Shown here: piece by piece, positions 46,143 through 55,520 of the stretch
Numbering within the stretch: position 1 is the stretch's first letter
How the letters are laid out: each line of letters opens with the position of its first letter
Source: an uncultured Candidatus Saccharibacteria bacterium
Lineage (GTDB): Bacteria > Patescibacteriota > Minisyncoccia > Phycocordibacterales > UBA918
NCBI GenBank assembly: GCA_964425625.1
Contig: CAYRMI010000004.1
Coordinates: forward strand, 5,444-69,443
Length of the DNA stretch: 64,000 nt
Direction of reading: 5' to 3'
Position numbers and translations under genes: made by a program
Notes under the pieces: generated by a model
Seen by the model: the letters and a program-made list of their open reading frames with translations, nothing else
Databases searched by the model: none
What the model was told of the DNA's origin: nothing

Positions 46143-47197
46143 AATATGGCTGCTATAATAAGACCAGTAACAGCGCAAAGCATACTAATAATCCAATAAC
46201 GCATGGTCACTTTGTAAGAAGGCCAACCAAGGGCTTCAAAATGATGATGGAGAGGAGCTATTCTAAAGAATTTACGACCAGTCAGCTTTCGGTAAGCAAC
46301 TTGAATAATGTTGGAGACGACAGTAGCTAAGAGAACAAAGCCAATAATCAAAAATAATACAATGCCATAACCATCTACTAACTGATCGGTCATTAACAAA
46401 ATAACGGCCAGAGTAAGTGTTAGTGGCATCGAACCGGTTTCAGTCATCCAGAAACGGGCGGGCGGAATGTTGAACCATAAAAAGGCTAATATCGCACCAA
46501 CCAACATGACGCAAAAGGCAGCGAGATCGTATTGGGATTGGATTATGGCCACACCAGCGTAGGCGGCAAATACAGTAGCAAAAACACCACCTGATAGACC
46601 ATCAATGCCATCGATTACACCACTAGCGTAGACGACGTTAGTCAGCAAAATAAAAACGGGTATGAGAAAAACACCAACATAGAGTGGTTCTGCAAAAGGT
46701 ACACCGATAGTTTCTACGCCCAGTTTGGCGTAAAACCACCAACCAATAAATCCGGCTAAAAAACTAATAAGAGTAAGTCGGATAGGCAGTCGCACTCCCT
46801 TACCCCCATGCTGGACATCGTAGAAGTCATTGAGTAGCCCGAATATAGCGCCGACACAAAAAGTGAAGAATGGTATCCAGGTTTGGGAACGGCTGAGGAA
46901 AAAGACATCACTGAAGAAGACTATGTCAGTAGTAACGGTAAGTAAGAAGATTAGACCAATACCAATAATCACACTTCCCCAAATAACTATACCGCCCATC
47001 CGTGGAGTTTGGGTCTCTCTTTCAGCTTTAAGACGATTAAATTCAGTGGCTTCATGACCTAAAATGGTGGTTTTTCCACCTTGTTTTTTCCAGACCTGAT
47101 ATTTAAAAAGATAGTGAGTAACAAAGGGTGTAATGATAATGCCGACAATGAAGGTAATCACAGCTGGCATAAGGATTTTTAAAATGATTATCTCCAT
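46139..47197 (-). CDS. mraY: Phospho-N-acetylmuramoyl-pentapeptide transferase
   Basis: TPRMGG, DGIDGL, FLWFNIPPAR, APLHHHFE. Confidence 0.92.
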   Translation of the reverse strand: MEIIILKILMPAVITFIVGIIITPFVTHYLFKYQVWKKQGGKTTILGHEATEFNRLKAERETQTPRMGGIVIWGSVIIGIGLIFLLTVTTDIVFFSDVFFLSRSQTWIPFFTFCVGAIFGLLNDFYDVQHGGKGVRLPIRLTLISFLAGFIGWWFYAKLGVETIGVPFAEPLYVGVFLIPVFILLTNVVYASGVIDGIDGLSGGVFATVFAAYAGVAIIQSQYDLAAFCVMLVGAILAFLWFNIPPARFWMTETGSMPLTLTLAVILLMTDQLVDGYGIVLFLIIGFVLLATVVSNIIQVAYRKLTGRKFFRIAPLHHHFEALGWPSYKVTMRYWIISMLCAVTGLIIAAIL

Positions 47198-47200
47198 ATT

Positions 47201-48238
47201 TTATTTAAGGGTTAGGCTGGCGGTGGTAGCTTCAACTAACTTTTTTACATCGGCAAATCTTTCACTATGGGTTGAACCAAGTACGGTTATAATTATGGGG
47301 TGATTATAACCAGCATCAAAGGCGATAGTCAGATTGCCACCAGCCAGATCAGTGTAACCGGTTTTTGACCCTAAAATGTTTGGTATATCAGTGATAATAT
47401 CGTTGGTGTTGTCGGCTTCATGGAAGGCACCACTTTGGTTGTATAGACGGGTGTGAGTTTTAGTGGTGGGTAGCAAAATTTCTGGGTAATTATACAAAAT
47501 ATAAGCAACTAAATGACCTACATCAGAGGCACTACCATAAGCACCAGCTTGCGAGGAAGAGATATCCAAACCTGTAGGATTTTTAAAACGAAAACTAGTA
47601 AAACCAAGTTCTTCTGCCCGAATATTCATGGCACTGACAAATAGAGTGACTGGTTCGCCTTTGCCGAGTAATGATCCGACTGAGTCAGCTAAGGTGTAGG
47701 CCGCGCTATTGTAAGAGGAAATTAAAGCAAAGTCAGCTAAGTCTTTGGCTAGAAAAGTTTCGCCGGTAGATAGAGTTCCTCCGCTTTGTTGGTTGGCAGA
47801 AGCTGGAGATATACTAACAACGGTCTCGTCAGCCATGAGCTCGTAAGAGAGTAAAGCGGTCATTAATTTAGTGATTGATGCCAAGGGTAGTGGTTCATCA
47901 CTATTCTCCTCATAGAGTACTTTTTGGTTAGCAACATCGTACACATGGACAGCCTTTGCTTGTAATTTGATATTTTGAAAAGGACTGACTGCCTCGGCGA
48001 CAGTAGCAATAGGAGGTAAATGAACTGTTTCGACGATTGGTTTTTCTTCTAGTTGTAAAAAGGAAAGAGTTTGTGGAATAACAATAGTACTAAAAAGTCC
48101 TAAAAGAATAAAACCAATTATAACTAGATTGGGAATGATTGGAAAACGATTAGGATTCTCGTCCGCTACTTCATCAAATGACTCTTCTTTAGTTGAGTTT
48201 TCTAAAATGAATTCGGTTGTATCGGTGTTTTCACTCAT
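47201..48238 (-). CDS. D-alanyl-D-alanine carboxypeptidase (peptidase S11)
   Basis: ASITKLMT (SxxK), SYN (SxN), KTGYT; N-terminal TM. Confidence 0.88.
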   Translation of the reverse strand: MSENTDTTEFILENSTKEESFDEVADENPNRFPIIPNLVIIGFILLGLFSTIVIPQTLSFLQLEEKPIVETVHLPPIATVAEAVSPFQNIKLQAKAVHVYDVANQKVLYEENSDEPLPLASITKLMTALLSYELMADETVVSISPASANQQSGGTLSTGETFLAKDLADFALISSYNSAAYTLADSVGSLLGKGEPVTLFVSAMNIRAEELGFTSFRFKNPTGLDISSSQAGAYGSASDVGHLVAYILYNYPEILLPTTKTHTRLYNQSGAFHEADNTNDIITDIPNILGSKTGYTDLAGGNLTIAFDAGYNHPIIITVLGSTHSERFADVKKLVEATTASLTLK

Positions 48239-48780
48239 ATTGTGTCTTTTACGAATTGGGCTTGCTCGGTAAACTTATCTAGCTCATCGGCTATACGGGC
48301 AAAGTCAGGCAGGTCGTGCTTTTTGGTTACACCAAGTTGCGCGAGTAGAGCTGGGCTGACAGTATAACGATAACCACTTCCTTCCTGGTTTGAAATACGT
48401 TCGACTAGACCGCGGATTTGTAAGTTTCGTAGAATGAATGAAGAATTAACGCCGCGAATTTTGTCTATCTCAGCCCGAGAGACTGGTTCCCGGTAAAGAA
48501 TGATGGCGAGTGTTTCTGCACCAGCTTTGCCAATATCAGCTTTTAGTTCGTTTTTACGCATAGCTTCAATAATTGGAGCCATTTCGGGGGCCGTGACAAG
48601 TTGGATTTCATCAGTCGTCTCTACTAGTCTAGTGGCACCAGTCTTTAAACGATCGCTTAAAATAGCTATTGCACTGGTTAGGTCACTTTCAGTAATATCA
48701 AAAAGCTTCAGTACCACTTTTTTCTTTTGTGGCGCTGACTTATAAAACAACAACCCTTCTATAAGGATGTCGATAGGCAT
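48235..48780 (-). CDS. scpB: SMC-Scp complex subunit ScpB
   Basis: IEGLLF, ETLAIILYREPVSRAEID.IRGV, L..RGLV. Confidence 0.92.
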   Translation of the reverse strand: MPIDILIEGLLFYKSAPQKKKVVLKLFDITESDLTSAIAILSDRLKTGATRLVETTDEIQLVTAPEMAPIIEAMRKNELKADIGKAGAETLAIILYREPVSRAEIDKIRGVNSSFILRNLQIRGLVERISNQEGSGYRYTVSPALLAQLGVTKKHDLPDFARIADELDKFTEQAQFVKDTI

Positions 48781-48834
48781 GTCTTGATTGTATCACATAC
48801 CATTATTTTAAAGGCCGATAATGAACACTTTTAT

Positions 48835-49575
48835 CTAGTAGTATTTTGGGGTTTCGCCTTGATCTAGCTCAATATCAATGTCGGAGTAGCGCGCCGTTTG
48901 ATTAATAATAAGGTTTCCTTGTTTAAATAGTTCGAGAATAGCGAGAAATCCAACAATCACAACTTTTTTCTCCACCTCGCCATCATGTAATTGAGAAAAG
49001 CGGGTTTTTATATCTTTGCGAATGCGCTCGGCTAGTTTGGTCATCATGTCTTCTAGCGAAATGGTGACTTTTACACTCGCCCGGCTCGGTTCTTCCTTTT
49101 TAGGTAGGTCTCGTAAGACTTCGTAGATGGAAGAATGTAAGCTGGCTAGAGTGCAGTATTGATCGGGCATATATACTATCGTGCTCGGTGGAGTAAAGAC
49201 TGGGCAATAGAGGATTTGTCTACCAAATCCGGCTTGCAGAAGTAGTGAGGCGTCACGAACAATTTGGTATTGTTTGAGACGTTCTTCGAGCTCTTCGATA
49301 CTTTGTTCCTCCTCTTCGGTTAGATCAAGCACCGGCAGAAGAGATTTGGATTTGACGAGGAGCAGAGTGGCGGCCAAAGTAATGAACTGGGCGGTGTTGG
49401 GTAGGGATAGCTCCTGCATGAGACTGACTTGTCGCATGTACTCATCGGTTACGCCAGCTAATGAGATATCGTTAATGAGGAGCTTGCGTTTCTCGACTAG
49501 ATCCAAGAGCAACTCCAAAGGTCCCTCAAAGACTGAGGTTTTAACTGAAAATCCAGGTACACTGGTCGGAGGCAT
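48835..49575 (-). CDS. scpA: Segregation and condensation protein ScpA
   Basis: FEGPLELLLDLV, KSKSLLP, FLAILEL. Confidence 0.93.
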   Translation of the reverse strand: MPPTSVPGFSVKTSVFEGPLELLLDLVEKRKLLINDISLAGVTDEYMRQVSLMQELSLPNTAQFITLAATLLLVKSKSLLPVLDLTEEEEQSIEELEERLKQYQIVRDASLLLQAGFGRQILYCPVFTPPSTIVYMPDQYCTLASLHSSIYEVLRDLPKKEEPSRASVKVTISLEDMMTKLAERIRKDIKTRFSQLHDGEVEKKVVIVGFLAILELFKQGNLIINQTARYSDIDIELDQGETPKYY

Positions 49576-49615
49576 GATGTTTAAATAATATCATGCCGAC
49601 AGCTGATGTTTCGGC

Positions 49616-50230
49616 CTAGGTGTGGTTGAAATAACCCTCTTCAATCATGGCTCTTTGAATAGTATGGTTAAAAACTGACATTATTTTAAATGGTTCAATA
49701 TATGAGTCTTTGATTCTCCTGGATTGCTCGGGAGTAGTTTTATTTTTGTTGATAACAAATTTACCAAATTCATTATAAACTTGAATAAGTGGCTCAAACC
49801 GATCAATGGCTTTTACAAATTTTGCTTCGATTGACTCCTGATTTTCATATTCGTTAATATGCTTTTCAAAGCTTGTTTTTAAATGATGTGGTGAATTTGC
49901 TAGTACTTTTAACTTGGCTATCTTTTCCCCGTCTCTAATAGTATCGGTTTTTAGATAACCAATTGTGTCACCGGTTTCAATCTCATCTATATCATGTAAG
50001 GTGATCATTTCGTAAATGCTTACTCGATCCCAGTCACCCAACGGATTTTCCAAAGGCAAGAAGTACTGCGCACAGATATGCATGCCATAGATATGCTCCG
50101 CGACAGATTCGGTTAGATCATTATCTGGTCTGGTTTGGCCGTAGCGAATTTCCTGTTTTAGACCATAAAGGTACTGCAGTTTTTTGACCTCACTCAGGAT
50201 GAATTCGGTGGTGAAGTTTTCGGGATTCAT
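49616..50230 (-). CDS. HD domain phosphohydrolase (YfbR/HD_3-like)
   Basis: LK...R, ESVAEH, HDIDEIETGD, EAKFVKAIDRFE. Confidence 0.85.
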   Translation of the reverse strand: MNPENFTTEFILSEVKKLQYLYGLKQEIRYGQTRPDNDLTESVAEHIYGMHICAQYFLPLENPLGDWDRVSIYEMITLHDIDEIETGDTIGYLKTDTIRDGEKIAKLKVLANSPHHLKTSFEKHINEYENQESIEAKFVKAIDRFEPLIQVYNEFGKFVINKNKTTPEQSRRIKDSYIEPFKIMSVFNHTIQRAMIEEGYFNHT

Positions 50231-50239
50231 ATTGATATC

Positions 50240-51652
50240 TTAGTATTTTTCGAGGAAACTGACCAGTAAACGGATGGGTTCACCCGTGGCTCCTTTGGCT
50301 AGTTTGTCGCTGGCGATGCTGTCCATACGCGGGGCAATATCGATATGTGCCCAGGGAGTACTTTTGGGGGCAAAGAAGGAAAGAAAAGTTCCACCTTCGA
50401 TACAGCCACCAAAACGGGAGAAATTGGTCGCAATGTTGCTAATATCGGCGCGATGGCTTTTGAGACTGCTTTTGTATTCGTCCCAGAGCGGTAGTGGCCA
50501 AACTAGATCGCCACTGCTCTCCCCTAATTCGCGTAGGGTCGCTTCCAAAGCCGTATCTTCGGTCATAATTGCACTGGCGTGCTGGCCTAGGGCCACAAGA
50601 GCGGCTCCAGTGAGTGTAGCGACGTCTAAAATCACTCTTGGTGAATAACGTTCACTGTAGGTGTAGGCGTCGACTAAGACCATTCTACCTTCAGCGTCAG
50701 TATGCAAGACTTCGATAGTTTTGCCGTTCATAGCGGTGACAATATCCCCCGCCCGCATAGCATCGTCAGAAATAGCGTTTTCAGCCGTCGGGACTAGAGC
50801 GATGATATTTTTCTTTAGCCCGAGTTTGGCAGCGATAGCGATAGAAGCTAGGACAGATGAACCGCCCGACATATCCATGTGCATGTCATGCATAAAACCA
50901 GACGGTTTGACATTGAGCCCACCGGTGTCATAAGTAATTCCTTTACCAATGAGAACAATCGGTTTTACTTTGCTAGTTTTACCGGCTCCCCAGTACTCAG
51001 CAATAATAAATCTAGTCTCGCTTTTGGTTCCCTGCCCCACTGCTAGTAGAGCGCCCATTTTTAGTTTTTTGATCTCACTTTCCTTTAGTACTTTTACCTC
51101 TACCTTGGTACCGGTCATCAGTTTTTTAGCCTCTTCACCAAAGGCAGATGGAGATAAATCACAGCCTGGAGTATTGGCGATTTTGCGGGCCTGATTGGTA
51201 TATTCACCCACAATCAGTCCACGCTTAAATCCCATCAAGGCTTCTTTGGAACTGAGCCCACAGATTAATATTTCCTTTAGGCTTTTTGGTGAAGGCTTTT
51301 TGGTTTTATAGGTTGTAAATTCATAATCGGCCAGTAGTAAGTTCTCAACTAGCGTCGAAGCCAGCCAAGCTTCATCATATTGTGCAAGCTCGGCATATTT
51401 TCCGGCCGGAAACTCAATGGCCAAGTGTTCGATTTGGTGGCCTTTGGCTGTCTGGACAAAGCTTCGCACTAGTGTGCGAAAACTCCGCGCGTCTACTTTG
51501 CTCCACTTCCCTATCCCAAGCCGGTAACTGAGTGAGCCATCGGCGGCCTCAACAAAACGGTGGGCCGAAGCCGGTTCCTCGGTCAGGATTAATTTGCAGT
51601 ATTTACTGGCTACTTCGGCAAATGATTTTGGTGTTGTGGTGATTTTAAGCAT
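50240..51652 (-). CDS. pepA: Leucyl aminopeptidase (M17)
   Basis: GKGITYDTGG, DMSGG, HTDAEGRMVL, DVATLTGA, WAHIDIA. Confidence 0.92.
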   Translation of the reverse strand: MLKITTTPKSFAEVASKYCKLILTEEPASAHRFVEAADGSLSYRLGIGKWSKVDARSFRTLVRSFVQTAKGHQIEHLAIEFPAGKYAELAQYDEAWLASTLVENLLLADYEFTTYKTKKPSPKSLKEILICGLSSKEALMGFKRGLIVGEYTNQARKIANTPGCDLSPSAFGEEAKKLMTGTKVEVKVLKESEIKKLKMGALLAVGQGTKSETRFIIAEYWGAGKTSKVKPIVLIGKGITYDTGGLNVKPSGFMHDMHMDMSGGSSVLASIAIAAKLGLKKNIIALVPTAENAISDDAMRAGDIVTAMNGKTIEVLHTDAEGRMVLVDAYTYSERYSPRVILDVATLTGAALVALGQHASAIMTEDTALEATLRELGESSGDLVWPLPLWDEYKSSLKSHRADISNIATNFSRFGGCIEGGTFLSFFAPKSTPWAHIDIAPRMDSIASDKLAKGATGEPIRLLVSFLEKY

Positions 51653-51742
51653 ATGGGCAGTAGTATAGCATTTCAGCCATTAAGCGACGATACAGCGCCG
51701 ACTGGCGTCCGCGCTTTGTTTAATCATTAGTCTAGTAAGTAA

Positions 51743-53140
51743 CTACGCTTTAGGTTTAATAGAGATACCTAGTTCAATCAGTTGCTCGGTAGTGACTTCA
51801 GACGGGGAGTCCATCAGTAAGTCTCTCCCCTCACCGGTTTTAGCAAAGGCGATGATTTCACGGATGTTAGGCTCGTTCTGGAGTAACATAATTAAGCGGT
51901 CAAAACCAAAAGCCAAGCCACCATGGGGTGGTGTGCCAGAAGCAAAAGCCTTTAGCATATGACCAAAGTTATTTTGAATTCGTTCGGCCTCGTAACCCAT
52001 TATTTCAAACACTTTTACTAGGGCTTCAGGGGTGTGATTTCGAATACCTCCGCCACCGATTTCGTAGCCGTTTAGAACCATGTCATACTGCGCCGCCACA
52101 ATGTCTTCAATATCTTTCTTTTCTAGTAAATGCTGATTGTACTCAGGTTTGGGGGCAGAAAAGGGATTGTGAGTAAAGGTCCAGCCTCCAGTCTCGGTCT
52201 TTTCAAAGAAAGGAAAATCAACTACCCAGCAGAAGGCTAGGAGGTTTGGATCAGTTTTATCCTCGCGCAAATCCGGCTTATCACAACCATACTTTTCCAT
52301 CGCTTCTTGATAAGACAGTCGAGGGAATGGCACTTGCTGAATTTTTTTCTCGGGATAAAGAGTCTTCACCAATTCCGTAATCATTCTTTCATTCATAGCC
52401 ATAACATCCTCTTGTTCAACGAAACTCATCTCGATATCAATCTGCGTAAATTCTGGTTGACGATCGCCACGCGTATCTTCATCTCTAAAGCAACGCGCGA
52501 TTTGAAAATACTTTTCAAAGCCAGCGGTCATGAGCAGTTGCTTATATTGTTGGGGTGACTGGGGCAAGGCATAGAATTTTCCTTGGTATAAGCGTGATGG
52601 CACAATATAGTCTCGTGATCCTTCTGGAGTAGATTTGGTCATGTTTGGGGTCTCTACCTCAGTAAATCCCTCATTGGAGTAGAAACTACGGACAAATTGA
52701 ATGGCTTTATGTCGATTGCGAATATTTCGTTGCATGCGTTCACGACGGAGGTCGATATAACGATAACGAAGACGTACTTCTTCATTAATTTCTTTGCCGT
52801 CGCCACTGATATCAAAAGGTGGCGTCTCAGCTTCATTGAGGACAGTTATTTCGAGTATTTCGAGTTCGATATCACCGTTTTGCTTGTTTGCCTGAATCGC
52901 TCGCTCCGGTCGCTCATTTACTTTAGCCTTTACAGCTACTACCCACTCGGGGCGTAGCTTGGAACCCACCTCGTGTGTCTCTACGGCATTGGGGAGGATT
53001 ACACCTTGAACCTTGCCGGTCATATCGCGAAAATCAAAAAAGATAAGCTTGCCTTGGTCGCGCCTGGTATCTACCCAGCCTTTGATCGTCACTTCATTTC
53101 CCACTTCACTTTTGAGTGCACTGATGAGAGTTCGAGTCAT
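51743..53140 (-). CDS. aspS: Aspartate--tRNA ligase, short form without GAD insertion
   Basis: OB fold GWV..RRD.G, RLRYRYIDLRR, ALPQSPQQYKQ, DRQPEFTQ, PPHGGLAFGFDR; start at ATG 53140. Confidence 0.95.
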   Translation of the reverse strand: MTRTLISALKSEVGNEVTIKGWVDTRRDQGKLIFFDFRDMTGKVQGVILPNAVETHEVGSKLRPEWVVAVKAKVNERPERAIQANKQNGDIELEILEITVLNEAETPPFDISGDGKEINEEVRLRYRYIDLRRERMQRNIRNRHKAIQFVRSFYSNEGFTEVETPNMTKSTPEGSRDYIVPSRLYQGKFYALPQSPQQYKQLLMTAGFEKYFQIARCFRDEDTRGDRQPEFTQIDIEMSFVEQEDVMAMNERMITELVKTLYPEKKIQQVPFPRLSYQEAMEKYGCDKPDLREDKTDPNLLAFCWVVDFPFFEKTETGGWTFTHNPFSAPKPEYNQHLLEKKDIEDIVAAQYDMVLNGYEIGGGGIRNHTPEALVKVFEIMGYEAERIQNNFGHMLKAFASGTPPHGGLAFGFDRLIMLLQNEPNIREIIAFAKTGEGRDLLMDSPSEVTTEQLIELGISIKPKA

Positions 53141-53165
53141 ATTGTTTGTTTGGTTAAATCTGAGA

Positions 53166-53404
53166 AACAAAAATTGCCTCTACAGATTTTTCTTATTTCC
53201 CCCTAGGGGGAATATTTGATAAATCTGTAGGGGCGGTCTCGATAAGGAGTTATCCGCGGTGCCACCCTACTTCCCTACTCGTATGCGAGTGTGGGCTCTT
53301 TTTGGTGGCGTGTCGTGCCAGACGGAGGTATTTACTGAGCCAATTATAGATAATATGACCGTTCCCACCTCACCTCAGCAGTAGTCAGCTGCGTCAGCGG
53401 TATG
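53166..53404 (-). promoter_or_regulatory. T-box riboswitch (Asp) with ultrashort Stem I and terminator
   Basis: T-box AAGUAGGGUGGCACCGCG (53255-53272) pairing with CGCCCCU; Stem II S-turn GAAC/AGUA; IIA/B pseudoknot; K-turn Stem I with GAC in loop; terminator hairpin 53177-53234 with U tract. Confidence 0.88.
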
Positions 53405-53478
53405 GAGTTGATTATACAATTATTAACTGAAAAATCAAACCAAACACAGTCTAGTTTTTGCTTGATAAGCTTGCTTTA

Positions 53479-54063
53479 TTATACTGATCGTTTTAATCTC
53501 TTCACCTCCTTATAACGAAAGCAATCAGTAGTGTGGTCGTTGACTAGGCCAACCGCTTGCATGTGGGCGTACCAGATGGTGGGGCCGAGGAACTTGAAGC
53601 CACGCTTCTTGAGATCTTTGGCCATAGCTGTCGCTAGTGATGTGACGGCAGGTAGGTCTTTGAGGGTAAGACGCTTCTCTACAATTGGCTTGTTCTCTAC
53701 CCATGCCCACATGTAATTACTAAAACTACCGAATTCTTTTTGAATTTTTAAAAAAGCTTGGGCATTGGTGATAGTCGACGATATCTTAAGTTGGTTGCGG
53801 ACGATACTGGGGTCAACTAGTAATTTTGATTCTTCAGCCGTAGTCATTTTTGCTACCTTCTTGGGGTCAAAGTTTTTAAAAGCTTTACGGTAGCCTTCGC
53901 GTTTATTCAAAATGGTCTGCCACGAGAGCCCAGCTTGAGCACTTTCTAAGACGATAAACTCAAAGAGCTTTTGGTCGTCATAGACTGGGACAGACCATTC
54001 CTTATCGTGATAGCGCTCGTATAATTCACCTTTTCCTTCAGCCCAGGCACAACGCTTTTTCAT
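53479..54063 (-). CDS. tag: DNA-3-methyladenine glycosylase I
   Basis: RCAW, YHDKEW, LESAQAGLSW..IL.KR, FKFLGPT, GLVNDH...C. Confidence 0.95.
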   Translation of the reverse strand: MKKRCAWAEGKGELYERYHDKEWSVPVYDDQKLFEFIVLESAQAGLSWQTILNKREGYRKAFKNFDPKKVAKMTTAEESKLLVDPSIVRNQLKISSTITNAQAFLKIQKEFGSFSNYMWAWVENKPIVEKRLTLKDLPAVTSLATAMAKDLKKRGFKFLGPTIWYAHMQAVGLVNDHTTDCFRYKEVKRLKRSV

Positions 54064-54539
54064 AGTGTATTAGAACCGAATAACACATACATTACCTTGT
54101 CTGATAGCTCTCGATATTCATCTAAGGTTACTTGCTCTTGATTTAACAACCTTTGTATTTCATTAGTAAGATGTGCTCCAGTGTAGTTTCCCATCATTGA
54201 TAATCGATAGGCTCGGTTTAGCTGTCGCAGGTTTGCTTTTAGGAATATTGATGCGTCTGATTCAGTTATGAGTTCATTATTTTTAGCTAATTCGATTGAG
54301 CGACTATTGTCCAAAGGGTTTGGATTGGGGAAAGACTCTTGTAGCCATACTTCGTATGCTTTGTCGGGGTCAACTTTGCCGCTCTTTACTAATTGGTCAA
54401 ATATAAACCGCTTTATTTCTTCGGCCACTGCTTGTAAATCAGTATTATCTTGCGCGTCTATCCCAGCAAAGAGTTCACGGAATTTGGCCAGTAGTCTGGC
54501 TGATGGGCTCTCGGTGTTGGTGGTCAGGGCTTCGCTCAT
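54060..54539 (-). CDS. Hypothetical protein
   Basis: 159-aa ORF tightly coupled between trpS and tag. Confidence 0.7.
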   Translation of the reverse strand: MSEALTTNTESPSARLLAKFRELFAGIDAQDNTDLQAVAEEIKRFIFDQLVKSGKVDPDKAYEVWLQESFPNPNPLDNSRSIELAKNNELITESDASIFLKANLRQLNRAYRLSMMGNYTGAHLTNEIQRLLNQEQVTLDEYRELSDKVMYVLFGSNTL

Positions 54540-54543
54540 AAAT

Positions 54544-55482
54544 TTAGATAGTTAAACCAATTAGACGGCGAACTTCAGCCATCTTGGCGCTGGCAATGGC
54601 ACGGGCTCTAGCTGTTCCTTCCTCGAGAATAGCTTTGACGTCACTGTCTGTTATATTACTGCGAATATCGCGCATTGGGGAGATAAATGTATCTAAATCT
54701 TCAATCAAAGCATCTTTAAGGTTTTTGTATTTACCTTTGTTTTCTTCGTAGAGGGCTGTTAGTTCAGACTCGCCCTTGAGGAGTTTGTGGATAGCGTAGA
54801 CGTTTTCCGGTCTTTCGCCACTAGAATCAGTAACGATACTCATTACGGCTTTTTGTATCTCCTCACGACTACCAAATAGTGGAATGGTGTTTTTGTAACT
54901 CTTGCTCATCTTTTGTCCGTCGGTACCGGGCACAATTCCGACACCTTTTAAAATCATCTCTTGTGGTGGGGTAAAAGTTTCCCCGTAGGCATTATTGAAT
55001 TTGGTGACGGCTTCACGAGCATACTCAATATGTTGGCGTTGGTCTTCACCTACGGGTACCACCTCAGCGTCATAAAGCAGAATGTCTGAGGCCATAAGCA
55101 TGGGATAGTTGAACAGACCAGCCGTGGCTTCGATGCCCTTGGCGACTTTATCTTTGTAGGCGTGGGCCTGCATAAGAAACGGTACAGTGACCAGGCATTC
55201 AAATATCCAGGCTAGTTCAGTATGCTCTGGCACATCTGACTGTTTGAAGATGGTGGCTTGTTTTGGGTCCACTCCAACTGCGAGATAGTCCTTTACTACA
55301 TCGATGATGTTTTGTCGTAAGCCAGCGGCATCGCGCACGCTAGTGAGAGCATGAAGATCGGCTACCATCAAGTGACTTTCATAGTCTTGGTAAATATCAG
55401 CAAAGGGTTTTAGGGCTCCAAAGTAATTACCAATATGCAAATTTCCGGAAGACTGTAATCCAGTTAATAGTCTTTTTTTCAT
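54544..55482 (-). CDS. trpS: Tryptophan--tRNA ligase
   Basis: TGLQSSGNLHIGNY, YPMLMASDIL, VPVGEDQRQH, KMSKS. Confidence 0.96.
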   Translation of the reverse strand: MKKRLLTGLQSSGNLHIGNYFGALKPFADIYQDYESHLMVADLHALTSVRDAAGLRQNIIDVVKDYLAVGVDPKQATIFKQSDVPEHTELAWIFECLVTVPFLMQAHAYKDKVAKGIEATAGLFNYPMLMASDILLYDAEVVPVGEDQRQHIEYAREAVTKFNNAYGETFTPPQEMILKGVGIVPGTDGQKMSKSYKNTIPLFGSREEIQKAVMSIVTDSSGERPENVYAIHKLLKGESELTALYEENKGKYKNLKDALIEDLDTFISPMRDIRSNITDSDVKAILEEGTARARAIASAKMAEVRRLIGLTI

Positions 55483-55520
55483 AAGGTCATACTACCAGAA
55501 AAGTGGTTTTGAAGAAACGG

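Noticed and set aside
2533-49406. Polarised KOPS (GGGNAGGG) pointing at the dif candidate
   Set aside because: A few copies fit (2533 on +; 21153, 30232, 41065 on -), but 49399 is opposite. Counts are too low and could follow from skew alone.
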